The translations under genes were made by a program, and so were the position numbers. Below are positions 1-9,436 of a DNA stretch of 33,765 nucleotides, one piece after another. Below the pieces are notes generated by a model that made no database searches, was not told where the DNA came from, and was given only the letters and a program-made list of their open reading frames with translations. Origin of the DNA: an uncultured Pirellulales bacterium (GTDB taxonomy: Bacteria > Planctomycetota > Phycisphaerae > Sedimentisphaerales > Anaerobacaceae); NCBI GenBank assembly GCA_964353475.1, contig CAYGVZ010000001.1:1-33765 (forward strand), in the 5' to 3' direction. Positions within the stretch are counted from its first letter, which is position 1; each line of letters opens with the position of its first letter.

Positions 1-1045
1 TAATCGTCCCGCCCTGCCGCATATCCGATGTGGCCAAACAACGGGAGTCGGGCGAGAAGACAATACTGCTTATCACCTTGTGGGGCGGCGACGTGCTGCA
101 CGCTATCTTGCCGGTCTTGATGTCCCACACATAAACAGTGCCCAAAACAGTGGCTGCGAGCCATTGTCCATTCGGGCTTATTACTACCATTTGAGCCGAC
201 TGGATGTTTAACGTGTCCACATTCTCGGATACGGCAAGCAGCCGGCTCACAACTTTACCCGAAATACTTTCCACGACATACACAGTGCTGTCGCTGCCTC
301 TGGCATAAATGACGTTGCCGTCGGACGAGAAAACGGCATTGTAAAATCTTCTGAACCCGGATACTTCCTGTTCCCAGACAACCCGCCTTGCCTTGACATC
401 AACAAGTATAATCCACCCTTTGGCGTTTTTCTCGCCGACCAAAGCTACAAACGCCGCATCTTCTGACACAGCAAGGTCTTTAAGCTTGACTGATTCCACC
501 GTTGCTGACACAACAGGCAATACACTGTTGGCCTCTGCCGATGCCGCACAAACAACGATGTCCAAACAATCCGGCTTGTTGACAGAAGATTTTGTCATCA
601 CCAGCGCGCACATATTCCCCGTGCGGTCTGCAGCCAGAAACGCCTGCTCGTAGCCCGGCAAAAACTGTACTTGCCTGGAATTATCCGGCTGCTGAAGGTT
701 GCTCAGAACAAGCACCCGAGGTTCACTTTTTGCGACCGACGCCACGATATCCTGTCCCAACAATGCCGCCTGAGACGATTCCACAGTGTGGATTTTGGGC
801 TGCTTCGCCAGGTTGTTCCAGTCCCACACGTAAACCTTCCTGTCGTGAGACACGGCTGCCAGCGTATTCCCGCAGGTCAGCAGTTCGGCGATGCCGTTAT
901 TCAGGGGAAAATACAGTTCCTCTTCGAGCGAGGAACGCAGATGAACAATAAGCATCATTACTGCTATCGCGGCAAACACCGCAATAAAGAATAACGCGGA
1001 GGATTTTTTCTTTGCTCCAGCCGTTGCAATGGTTTGGACGTTCAT
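1..1045 (-). CDS. membrane-anchored WD40/beta-propeller repeat protein (C-terminus beyond left window edge)
   Basis: Absent from the ORF track because it runs off the window. The minus-strand frame is open from ATG (complement of 1043-1045) to base 1; I checked 541-1045 and 1-180 codon by codon. GGAGG (complement of 1051-1055) lies upstream with a 5-nt spacer. Translation starts MNVQTIATAGAKKKSSALFFIAVFAAIAVMMLIV (single N-terminal TM anchor). Repeat blades follow, with RKVYVWDWNN, GTVYVWDIKTGK and FSPDSRCLATSD, typical of WD40 repeats. Confidence 0.6.
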   Translation of the reverse strand, partial: MNVQTIATAGAKKKSSALFFIAVFAAIAVMMLIVHLRSSLEEELYFPLNNGIAELLTCGNTLAAVSHDRKVYVWDWNNLAKQPKIHTVESSQAALLGQDIVASVAKSEPRVLVLSNLQQPDNSRQVQFLPGYEQAFLAADRTGNMCALVMTKSSVNKPDCLDIVVCAASAEANSVLPVVSATVESVKLKDLAVSEDAAFVALVGEKNAKGWIILVDVKARRVVWEQEVSGFRRFYNAVFSSDGNVIYARGSDSTVYVVESISGKVVSRLLAVSENVDTLNIQSAQMVVISPNGQWLAATVLGTVYVWDIKTGKIACSTSPPHKVISSIVFSPDSRCLATSDMRQGGTI

Positions 1046-1219
1046 GGGAACCTCCACAATACCGCGGTCATCAGCGAATGCCTGGTGGGCGTATCTCTCG
1101 GCGGAATTCCTCCCTCGCACATCCCAATGACCACTTTGTACCACGAACCACTAAAAACATCGGCGCCTGGCAGGCAGGGACCATCGCCGACCTCGGGGCA
1201 CTTGGCATACGCAACTCGT

Positions 1220-2179
1220 TCACCTGACATCAAAATTGGACACATTCACATTCCAGTTCTCAATATCGAATATCCCATCCGGGACAGCGCCATCAACAAT
1301 CGCTTTCCCGGTCATCCTTATCTTCTGCGGCTCCAGTCGCCGCGGCACTTTGATTAGCCGTCTTGGGCGAAAAGGTAACCTGCCGACATACATAATCAAG
1401 TCAACAGAATGGTGCTGCTGTCGAAGAATCTCGCGGACGGCCTCGTCCATTGCAGCCGGCGACATAGGCCATACATCAAGAATCTGCAGTGTCCTTACGC
1501 TCTCCTGCTCCACGTACAGCTTGAACACGCATCGAGCACCGCCGGCAAGCGAAAGGAAGCTGTAACTGTCGTCGTACCTGTGCTTCATAAACAAATCGTC
1601 GTTTACCTTCTCTATATTATGCTTGCAGGGATTCGTATTCCGAACGAGCGGAAGCCCCGCAGCCATAATCGCCAGAAACCGGCTTGGATAATTCATCGCT
1701 CTGAATCTACCCATCACGGCACCGAGATTCACGGGCAGCACATAGTAATCAAGCTTACCGATATCCTGCGTCCCCAAGATGCGCTTTTCATGAGCATAGT
1801 ATAATTCATTTGGAAACCCGTATATGAACTTAATGTCGTCTTTGACCATTGCTTCATACGCCAGATCTGCCATCGTCACAAGGTTCGTCTTCCCGCCCCT
1901 GTGCTGTGATGAAATCATTGTGTCCACGGACAATGCAAACAAACGTTCCGCCCCGTAGCACAAGTACCGGTACGGGATTGCACTGAAAGAACCCACTATC
2001 TCGTCGTTATGCATCATCAGACCGTGATACGAATACCCTTTCGGAGTGCAAATAAAGCGGCGTTCGAATGTCGCCTCGCTCATTTGTCTGGCAAACACAC
2101 AAGAAAAAAGGTGTCTCATTTGACTGCGATGTTCCGCAGACAAATCAACGGTCCTCTTGAACGTCAAAATTGTCCCCAT
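1220..2179 (-). CDS. GNAT-fold acyl/aminoacyl-transferase (FemAB/BioF2-like)
   Basis: 319-aa ORF with an ATG start, 84 nt downstream of the DUF3473 deacetylase and in the same orientation. The central block HGLMMHNDEIVGSFSAIPYRY...FALSVDTMISSQHRGG...YGFPNE reads like a GNAT-fold transferase. Assigned by eye, not by HMM. Confidence 0.5.
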   Translation of the reverse strand: MGTILTFKRTVDLSAEHRSQMRHLFSCVFARQMSEATFERRFICTPKGYSYHGLMMHNDEIVGSFSAIPYRYLCYGAERLFALSVDTMISSQHRGGKTNLVTMADLAYEAMVKDDIKFIYGFPNELYYAHEKRILGTQDIGKLDYYVLPVNLGAVMGRFRAMNYPSRFLAIMAAGLPLVRNTNPCKHNIEKVNDDLFMKHRYDDSYSFLSLAGGARCVFKLYVEQESVRTLQILDVWPMSPAAMDEAVREILRQQHHSVDLIMYVGRLPFRPRRLIKVPRRLEPQKIRMTGKAIVDGAVPDGIFDIENWNVNVSNFDVR

Positions 2180-2263
2180 AGCACCCTCTTCAACCGCGAT
2201 GCGGCCTACTTATCTCCCGGCCCCGCGGCAAACAGCGTATTATCAGGATATGTGCAGACCTGT

Positions 2264-3157
2264 TTAATTATTGATTTCATTTTTCAGGGCCTCGGCGAAA
2301 GGACAGAAGTGGAATTCGCCAAGCAGATTCGACAGCTTCTTCAGTATTGATTTTCTAAACAGGTTGAACCTAATCTCGATCAGCTTTGATTTCAACCGGC
2401 TTGTATGCCATAAGTGTGGCCGGCATTGAAGACGATGGAAAGCAAATTCGTACGGATGACAATAAACAACGAATGGAAAACCGTCCCTGTTCACGGCACA
2501 AACGGCGCGCCGTATTATGCGGCTTGGCAACGGGCGGAAATACCCGCCCCCGGAAACCGGCAGGTTCCTGCCGAATCTCCTCACCGTGGATAAGGGCACC
2601 TCGATAATTGTCCCCCGGCCCCGCGTGATTTTCACCGCCCCACGAGGAAAAGCCGGCACTCCATATCGCCGCCCTGCTATCGGGAAGATACTGCTGTCGT
2701 ATTTTATGCCCAGCTTGATTAGAACATCCAACGCCCAGTATGTACCCTCAAAAACGCTGAAATGCGGCGCACGATACCCCAGTACGGCCCTGCCGGTAAT
2801 GTCCCTTAGCATCTCAAGCGACCTGCTCATCTCCTCGTGAAATAGTTCCGGTGTTTTCTTGAACAACTGCTCGTGCGTACCTCCGTGACTTGCCACTTCA
2901 TGACCCTGCTGAACAATCTCTCTTATTAAGCCGGGGTCCTTTTCTGCAACAAGGCCAAGGACAAAAAACGTCGCCTTCGCACCGTGCTTTTTGAAAAGGT
3001 CAAGAAGATAAACAACCTCGGTCCGACACGACATTCCCGGCCAATCCTCCACGTCAACCGACAGTATGTTCGTCGAGGTATCCAATTTGATCGGCTCCAA
3101 ATACTCGCCGATTTTTACGTACTCATCCGGATGAAGCTCTTTGCCTTCGGTTTTCAT
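2264..3157 (-). CDS. polysaccharide deacetylase, DUF3473-containing subfamily
   Basis: 297-aa ORF. Motifs: ILSVDVEDW; ATFFVLGLVAEKDPGLIREIVQQGHEVASHGGTHEQL (NodB-type His motif); C-terminal GGGYFRPLP block typical of DUF3473. The start ATG shares 1 nt with the upstream stop (TGATG, 3155-3159 complement). Confidence 0.85.
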   Translation of the reverse strand: MKTEGKELHPDEYVKIGEYLEPIKLDTSTNILSVDVEDWPGMSCRTEVVYLLDLFKKHGAKATFFVLGLVAEKDPGLIREIVQQGHEVASHGGTHEQLFKKTPELFHEEMSRSLEMLRDITGRAVLGYRAPHFSVFEGTYWALDVLIKLGIKYDSSIFPIAGRRYGVPAFPRGAVKITRGRGTIIEVPLSTVRRFGRNLPVSGGGYFRPLPSRIIRRAVCAVNRDGFPFVVYCHPYEFAFHRLQCRPHLWHTSRLKSKLIEIRFNLFRKSILKKLSNLLGEFHFCPFAEALKNEINN

Positions 3158-4398
3158 CAGCCGTTCGCAATATGGGTGCGCAGCAAGTCGATATATTTAA
3201 TTGCCAGTATTCTTCGGTCATAGTTCTTGCAGACGAATTCGTAACCGTTCCTGCCGTGCTGGCGGGCGATGTCAGGGTGCTCCCGATAGAATCGCATCTT
3301 GTCGGCAATTTCGCCGGCATTTTCCGGCTCCACGTAAACGCCGCACTTGGCATCGTCAACCACCAGCTTTCTTGCCACTCCGTCTATCGCCAGAATAATG
3401 GGCTTGGCGGCCGACATCGAATCAAACATCTTGTTGGGATAGACCTCCTTCATTACCTCGCTTTTTTGCAGAACAATTAGGGAAACATCGCTGGAATTGA
3501 TGTAGGCGCCAATATCTTCCTTGTTTACCGAAGCCAGGAATTGTATGTTTACAAGCTTCTCCTGCTCTGCTTTTGCCATTAAGGCATCACGTTCCATGCC
3601 GCCACCGATGCAGACAATCAGATACTCCTGCTCATTTCTCAGAATTTTGGCGGCTTCTATCAACTGCCACAGGCAGTTCATCCTGCCATGTGCTCCCATA
3701 TACAAACCGACGAACTTGTCCCCCCAGTTGTGCCTGGCACGAATCGCGGCATCCACAGGTCCGGGTTTTATCACGTCAAGGTCGGCGGCGTTCGGTATCA
3801 TCCATATCTTGTCCGCGGGAACACCTTTGTCCTGAATCAGCTTATCTCTAAAGGCAGGTGTAAGTGCGTTTATGAAGCGGGCCTTGCGGTACGACGCCCT
3901 CTCCATAGAATACATCAGCTTAATAAGCAGCGGATTCGCAACCACCCCCGTCTTTATGGCGCCATCAGGCCAAAGGTCCCTTATCTCGAACACGAATGGG
4001 ATTTTTTTCAAATAGGAGACAGCAATGCCGAGCGGCCCCACTGTCAGAGGAGGGCTGCTGGCAATAACCACATCATATTTTCCCCTTGCGCGCAACAGCA
4101 CCCCGATAAAACCGAGAACAAAGTACATAATATACGCCCAAGCTCGCCACAAAAAACTCTTGTTGTACTTTACCGGTATGTACGCCCTTATGACCTTGAC
4201 GCCCTTACCCTGGTCTTCTATGGTGAATATGTTGCCCTTGCAGAAATCGTAGGGTTTGTTTGTATTCAAGTTAAATGTTCCTGCGATTACCGTCACCTCA
4301 TGACCTTGCTCACTCCACACCTTGGACATCGCGTTCCAGCGTCCACCTTGTGCATGACAAAGAGGCATAAAATATTGGTGAATCAGCAAAATCCGCAT
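3157..4398 (-). CDS. glycosyltransferase family 4 (WbuB-like)
   Basis: 413-aa ORF. The N-terminus MRILLIHQYF...GGRWNAMSKVWSEQGHEVTVIAG and overall GT-B layout match WbuB-type GT4 enzymes. Sits directly downstream of the heparinase II/III-like gene. Confidence 0.8.
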   Translation of the reverse strand: MRILLIHQYFMPLCHAQGGRWNAMSKVWSEQGHEVTVIAGTFNLNTNKPYDFCKGNIFTIEDQGKGVKVIRAYIPVKYNKSFLWRAWAYIMYFVLGFIGVLLRARGKYDVVIASSPPLTVGPLGIAVSYLKKIPFVFEIRDLWPDGAIKTGVVANPLLIKLMYSMERASYRKARFINALTPAFRDKLIQDKGVPADKIWMIPNAADLDVIKPGPVDAAIRARHNWGDKFVGLYMGAHGRMNCLWQLIEAAKILRNEQEYLIVCIGGGMERDALMAKAEQEKLVNIQFLASVNKEDIGAYINSSDVSLIVLQKSEVMKEVYPNKMFDSMSAAKPIILAIDGVARKLVVDDAKCGVYVEPENAGEIADKMRFYREHPDIARQHGRNGYEFVCKNYDRRILAIKYIDLLRTHIANG

Positions 4399-4431
4399 TT
4401 GGGTCCTTCCGAATCCTCGTTAAACCAAAGT

Positions 4432-6441
4432 TCAGCTATGTTCCTTCCAGATGACGGTCCTGAAGGTCGTTGGCAAATCATCTCGCTTTGTTACCGCCAG
4501 CGTACATATCGGGTCTTTGCGACCGTAGCACAGCGATTCGTATCCACCGTCATCTTTCGCCTTCAGCAGTTCGGATTCAATTTCTCCGCTGCCGCTTACT
4601 TCCAGAAACCAATGCCCCGGCAGCATAAGTCGCAGCAAATGATGGTCCTTTTGGCTGACCTCAACCTGGTCGGGCAAGTGCCATCGCAGTTCCACTGTGT
4701 GTTGGCCCTGCCCTCTAAGGCAATCGACTATTTCCCAGCGGCCCTGCCGGACAAACACCTCTCGCGAATGGACAACATGCCACGGCCAACGCGCATAACC
4801 CCTATGCTCGCCTTTCCATTCTGCATGATTCTCTCCAACCTGAAAACTCAGTAGATTTGCCTCCGGGCGAGGTATGTACAGGAACCGCGAAACGGTCTCC
4901 AAAGGAGACACGCCATCTATTATAACAGTGTTGTGCGAGCCGATGGATTTGAAATACCGCTCCAGTTGTGGCTCATCGGGCACAAAATACCCGTATGTTC
5001 CCGAATCTCTCAACAAATTGATTCCATCAGCCCAAAGGTCCAGATGGAGAAGGTCAATGTGCCCGACGCGGTCTCGATATGAATGGCAGCGGGTCATTGC
5101 CCAGCAGTCCGCCATTCTGATTGTATAGTATCCTCCGAAAGCAAACTCCGTTGAGGTCCTTTTCCTGGCAACGGGGGGCTGCCGTGTAATCTCCTCGCCG
5201 AACAGCCAGACGGCGTCCTCGTCCCACGGTCCGCCGTCGTACAATTTTTCGCGCCTCAACAGATACCAACAGCTCTGGATGGCCGGCCGATAGTCGAGAT
5301 AGTCACAACTACTCAACGGCAGAACCAGTGCGCCGTCATTTGCCCCATAATTGGGGACCCTGCCCGAAACCTCATCCTGCATCTGGTACAGAAAATCGAC
5401 CGCCCTGCCGACTCGGCCGACTAACTCATCGGCAAACTTGTCGCCATTCAGTTCCGCCAGCCGCATCACCCACAAAAAGTCCTGAAGCATCAGACGATGA
5501 TAATTCATAGAATGCTGGATGTACGAGCCATCTGGGTAAATCTGCTTCAGCCCTTCCTGCGTCAGAATCTTTTTGCCCAGTTTTATCCATCGTTCAGAAC
5601 GTTTGAACTGGGGAAACAGCAAACCAGCCGTATAGAGTCCTGCTGCTTCCGTCAGAGAGTGGTTGGTGCGGGTCCAGACCGCAAAATCGATGTTCCCCTC
5701 GATTCTCTCCGCGTGAACGGCAATCGCAGTAACGAGTTTGACCTTCCTCTCCGCCGTGGATGCTTCTGCTTTTCCGAGACCGTATAGCGCGAAACACATC
5801 GCCATAAGACGGATGGCGCATTCCTGACCACAGGCGTAATTAGGGCCTTTGTTCGGCTGATTGCTCTCTATCCAGGATTCAAAAAGCAGCCAGAATTTCT
5901 CGGCGTACTTCTCCGCTCCCGTTGCCGCGTATGCCCGCACCAGCGTATATGCCCAGGCAAAACGCGACTGTTCCCAGATGAACTTGATGTCGCCCACGGC
6001 AGGATCAAAAAACTCGATATCGCACCAATGCTTTTCCCCATCTGCTCGCCGACCCGTTGCGGGATCTAGAAACCAGTCAGGCCCCGGACCCAAATCGTAA
6101 TCCTTATCGAAGAAGTACCGAAATCTATTTTGCTGAATCCGGTCGGCCTGAGAAAGCAATTCCTTTTTTGCCGAGGCGTTCTCAAACACAGGCGGACGCC
6201 CGTATTCAAAAAAGAACCGCCTGCCGCAGGATTCATGTGTTTTGAGAAAATCCCCCGGCTGCTGCGAAACACCCGGACGAAGCAGTTCAGCAAGCGTTAT
6301 CTGCGACCACGCGCGTATGGGGAACTGCCGTTTGAGCAGGCCAAGTTTCCTGCGAACCTCATATCTCGCGCGAAACAGGCAGAAATCCAGGCCGTAATGG
6401 CGGATGATTCGATATGTCTTTGTAATTCTGTTCAACAGCAA
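4432..6441 (-). CDS. heparinase II/III-like protein (lyase fold, biosynthetic-locus type)
   Basis: 669-aa ORF. The TTG start lies 3 nt after the upstream TAA. Blocks WEQSRFAWAYTLVRAY, NHSLTEAAGLYTAGLLFP and HSYRDRVGHIDLLHLDLW resemble the alginate-lyase-like N domain plus Hepar_II_III C domain. No signal peptide is visible. Confidence 0.75.
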   Translation of the reverse strand: MLLNRITKTYRIIRHYGLDFCLFRARYEVRRKLGLLKRQFPIRAWSQITLAELLRPGVSQQPGDFLKTHESCGRRFFFEYGRPPVFENASAKKELLSQADRIQQNRFRYFFDKDYDLGPGPDWFLDPATGRRADGEKHWCDIEFFDPAVGDIKFIWEQSRFAWAYTLVRAYAATGAEKYAEKFWLLFESWIESNQPNKGPNYACGQECAIRLMAMCFALYGLGKAEASTAERKVKLVTAIAVHAERIEGNIDFAVWTRTNHSLTEAAGLYTAGLLFPQFKRSERWIKLGKKILTQEGLKQIYPDGSYIQHSMNYHRLMLQDFLWVMRLAELNGDKFADELVGRVGRAVDFLYQMQDEVSGRVPNYGANDGALVLPLSSCDYLDYRPAIQSCWYLLRREKLYDGGPWDEDAVWLFGEEITRQPPVARKRTSTEFAFGGYYTIRMADCWAMTRCHSYRDRVGHIDLLHLDLWADGINLLRDSGTYGYFVPDEPQLERYFKSIGSHNTVIIDGVSPLETVSRFLYIPRPEANLLSFQVGENHAEWKGEHRGYARWPWHVVHSREVFVRQGRWEIVDCLRGQGQHTVELRWHLPDQVEVSQKDHHLLRLMLPGHWFLEVSGSGEIESELLKAKDDGGYESLCYGRKDPICTLAVTKRDDLPTTFRTVIWKEHS

Positions 6442-6444
6442 TTC

Positions 6445-8538
6445 TTAGATTCTGACAACGCCCGCGCCCCCGGCCGATTCAACGGCGGCGAAACTTGCGA
6501 GCGTAACGTTCTCAATTTCCTCAAAGGAAATCAGCGGCTCGCCTCCCTCGGCAATACGTTCTATGAATCGGCGGAATTCCGCCTTGTGGCCCTTATCCTG
6601 GCAAAACAGGGACATCTTCTTGAAATTGCTCCAGCCGAACCCGTGAAGCTTCCTGAAATTGTCTAAGTGAAGGACCTTGCCCTCACAAAACAGTTCAAAC
6701 GTTTCCTTTGGGTAACCTTTGTGGCCGTCTGCAAAGTAGTGCAGCGTTCCAATCGACCCGTCGGCGAAAGCAACTGTCACGCTCATCTTGTCGTCGCGGA
6801 TTTCTGCGCCGGGGACGTCTCCAATCATCGTTGCTACGACCGACACAATCGGCTTGCCAACGACGTATCGCATGAAGTCGAGCCAGTGGCATCCCTCGCC
6901 GATAATTCTGCCTCCGCCAACCAACCTGTCATGTACCCACACGTTAGCTGGGATACTGCCGGCGTTGACCAGCCAGGTCATACATACTGGCGAACTGCGG
7001 GATGCGACCAGCGAACGTATCTTTTCTGCGTGCGGCGAAAACCTGCGGTTGAAACCGACCAGCAATTGTCTGCCATGCACCTTCTCATAGACCTGCTTTA
7101 TCCGCTCAAGGTCATCGCGATTAAGGCACAGAGGTTTTTCCACGTGCACGTGCTTGCCCGCTTCGAGGGCCTCCACAACCATTCTTGCGTGGAGGTCGTG
7201 GCGCGTGGTAATAAATACCGTGTTAATTTCCGCGTCTTCCAGTATGACTTTGTAGTCATTTGTCGTCTGTTCAAACCCGAATTTGCGGGCAACGTGCGCA
7301 CCAGCTACGGTATTTATGTCTGCGACTGTCTTCAATCTTATGCCCGCCGACTTTATTGCGGGCAGCAGCGTAAGTTTTGCGAAGTTGCCTGCGCCAATCA
7401 GACCCGCCACGACCCGCGAAACCGAAGACGATTTCACGTATTGCGCCGGCGTTGACACCGTCTTGTCCTTTGCCGCCGCGCCGTGCGGATACGTCAGTAT
7501 AAGCCCCATTTTTTTAGGGTCGTCCGTCAGTATCTTGTACGCCCTTTGTGCCTCTGCCTGCGGGATGCGTTCGCTGATAAGGTCTCGCACATCCAGCGCA
7601 CCGGCGGCCATAGCGCCGAGAACTGCCTCGAAGTTTCTCTGCTCGGTCCAGCGGACAAGGCCAAAAGGATAATCCCGGCCCTTCTGTTCGTAGTTGTCGT
7701 CATACCGCCCGGGGCCATACGAGCAGGAGACCTGGAACGACAACTGCTTCTCGTAAAAATCGGCGCGGTCAAGATTCAAATCAACCACACCAACCAGTAC
7801 GATACGGCCTTGCTTTCGACACATCTGCGCCGACTGGTGGACAATGGTATCGCCTTTGGCGGACGCCGTTATCAGGACGCCGTCCACACCTTTACCGTTT
7901 GATTGTGCCATTGCAGCAGTCACGGGGTCGGCGCCGCCCGCCACGTCCACAACTTCGGCGCCCCATTTGCGGGCCAGCTTAAGCTTACTCTTATCGAGGT
8001 CGATACCAAGCACTTTGCAACCGCAATTGCGCAGTATCTGTACACAAATCAGACCTATCAGACCCAGCCCGAAGACGGCTATGGTCTCGCCGAATGTCGG
8101 TTTTATTAATCGTATCCCCTGCAAACCGATTGAAGCCAGCACAGTAAAGGCGGCCTGCTCGTCATCCACGTTATCCGGCACTTTCGCGCAGAGATTTCTG
8201 GGGACGCAAACGATTTCCACGTGCGGGCCGTTACTGGCTACCCTGTCGCCGACATTAAAACCGTCCACACCGGCGCCGACCTCCAATACCACCCCGCAGT
8301 TGCAGTAACCCAGCGGCAGCGGCTCATCAAGCCGCGCAAACACACTGTGAATCGTCGGCAACAGGCCATCGGTCTTTATTTTTTCAATGACCTGCCTGAC
8401 CTTGTCCGGCTGCTGCCTTGCCTTGCTCAAGAGCGACCCCTGCGCAAAAGAAACCAGCATCCGCTCCGTGCCGGCGGAAATAAGCGTGCACCGCGTCTGT
8501 ATCAGCAGATGTCCCGGCTTGACTGCCGGCGCCGGCAC
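6445..8538 (-). CDS. bi-domain oxidoreductase (Zn-ADH/MDR domain fused to Gfo/Idh/MocA domain)
   Basis: 697-aa ORF. The N-terminal half is MDR/GroES-like (GYCNCGVVLEVG; Rossmann VFGLGLIGL). The C-terminal half is Gfo/Idh/MocA-like (VAGLIGAGNFAK; HVHVEKPL). The track start is GTG (complement 8536-8538); the true start is probably 17-18 codons upstream (see findings). Confidence 0.85.
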   Translation of the reverse strand: MPAPAVKPGHLLIQTRCTLISAGTERMLVSFAQGSLLSKARQQPDKVRQVIEKIKTDGLLPTIHSVFARLDEPLPLGYCNCGVVLEVGAGVDGFNVGDRVASNGPHVEIVCVPRNLCAKVPDNVDDEQAAFTVLASIGLQGIRLIKPTFGETIAVFGLGLIGLICVQILRNCGCKVLGIDLDKSKLKLARKWGAEVVDVAGGADPVTAAMAQSNGKGVDGVLITASAKGDTIVHQSAQMCRKQGRIVLVGVVDLNLDRADFYEKQLSFQVSCSYGPGRYDDNYEQKGRDYPFGLVRWTEQRNFEAVLGAMAAGALDVRDLISERIPQAEAQRAYKILTDDPKKMGLILTYPHGAAAKDKTVSTPAQYVKSSSVSRVVAGLIGAGNFAKLTLLPAIKSAGIRLKTVADINTVAGAHVARKFGFEQTTNDYKVILEDAEINTVFITTRHDLHARMVVEALEAGKHVHVEKPLCLNRDDLERIKQVYEKVHGRQLLVGFNRRFSPHAEKIRSLVASRSSPVCMTWLVNAGSIPANVWVHDRLVGGGRIIGEGCHWLDFMRYVVGKPIVSVVATMIGDVPGAEIRDDKMSVTVAFADGSIGTLHYFADGHKGYPKETFELFCEGKVLHLDNFRKLHGFGWSNFKKMSLFCQDKGHKAEFRRFIERIAEGGEPLISFEEIENVTLASFAAVESAGGAGVVRI

Positions 8539-8617
8539 TTCGGCGACTTCAAGCTCGCCGGTTTTAAGATTCTGTAAAACCTGTTTCAGAATAACCCTCT
8601 TAAGATTCTTTCAAAAA

Positions 8618-9436
8618 TTAGGGTACGGACTCTAACCAGTCCAAACAGTCATAGAAACCAGACAGTTTTCGACCAAATACAAACACGGTGTCATAACCAG
8701 TTATGCCTATTCTCGGCAAACGAAACATGTCGCTATTCTCAGAAATAGTGCCGCTTATCATAGTGCATGCCGCGGTATAACCCATGCGTTTAACAATCTC
8801 CATGGTTGAGCCACCGAAGGAATCGGAATGCCCTTTAGGGTAAGCGAAAGAATAAATGTGATATCCTATCCGTTTTTCAATCAGTTCTTTCGGCAATACT
8901 ATTTCTCTTTGCGCTTCACTTTCACTCAACTCGCTCATTTTCACGTGGGCATGTGAATGGCCGCCGATTTCAAAACCCAACTCAACCATCTCCCCCAAAT
9001 TGTTCCATGAGAGCATCTTTGAACCGGCATATTCTGCAAGATTAGGATGTGCAATAATACTATTGGTATCTTCTATGAAAGCGGTCGGCACAAAAAACGT
9101 AGCAGTCATCTTGTATTTTCGCAGCAGAGGCACCGCGTTTGTCCAATTATCGAACAAACCATCATCAAATGTAATCACAACACTTGGAGCATTCTGCATT
9201 ACCTCTCGCCGGTTATTGACAACGTCCCGAAGCGCGTAGCTACGGTATCCTCTCTCCGTCAAATACACAAGATGCGATTCGAATAAATCCGGCGGCACAC
9301 TGATACATTTATTTTTCTTGTCCGAAATACTATGATACGTGACGATTCTCGCCGCTTTTCCGTGCCTGGAGCAATATCCTGCCGTATTAGCAACGAAATT
9401 TCTTGCCATTATCTTGCAATCTATGAATGTCAGCAT
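8618..9436 (-). CDS. polysaccharide deacetylase (NodB/CE4 family)
   Basis: 272-aa ORF. Motifs: VVITFDDGLFDNW (TFDDG) and GGHSHAH (H-x-x-x-H). The ATG overlaps the upstream GT2 stop by 7 nt (ATGCTGA). Confidence 0.85.
   Translation of the reverse strand: MLTFIDCKIMARNFVANTAGYCSRHGKAARIVTYHSISDKKNKCISVPPDLFESHLVYLTERGYRSYALRDVVNNRREVMQNAPSVVITFDDGLFDNWTNAVPLLRKYKMTATFFVPTAFIEDTNSIIAHPNLAEYAGSKMLSWNNLGEMVELGFEIGGHSHAHVKMSELSESEAQREIVLPKELIEKRIGYHIYSFAYPKGHSDSFGGSTMEIVKRMGYTAACTMISGTISENSDMFRLPRIGITGYDTVFVFGRKLSGFYDCLDWLESVP

Noticed and set aside
393-994. Three overlapping plus-strand ORFs (86-119 aa) listed in the track
   Set aside because: All lie antisense to the open WD40 frame that runs off the window edge. 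That frame has a clean ATG, a GGAGG, a TM anchor and WD repeats.
3688-4854. 388-aa plus-strand ORF
   Set aside because: It is antisense to the WbuB-like GT4 and the heparinase-like gene and spans their intergenic gap. The composition is not protein-like.
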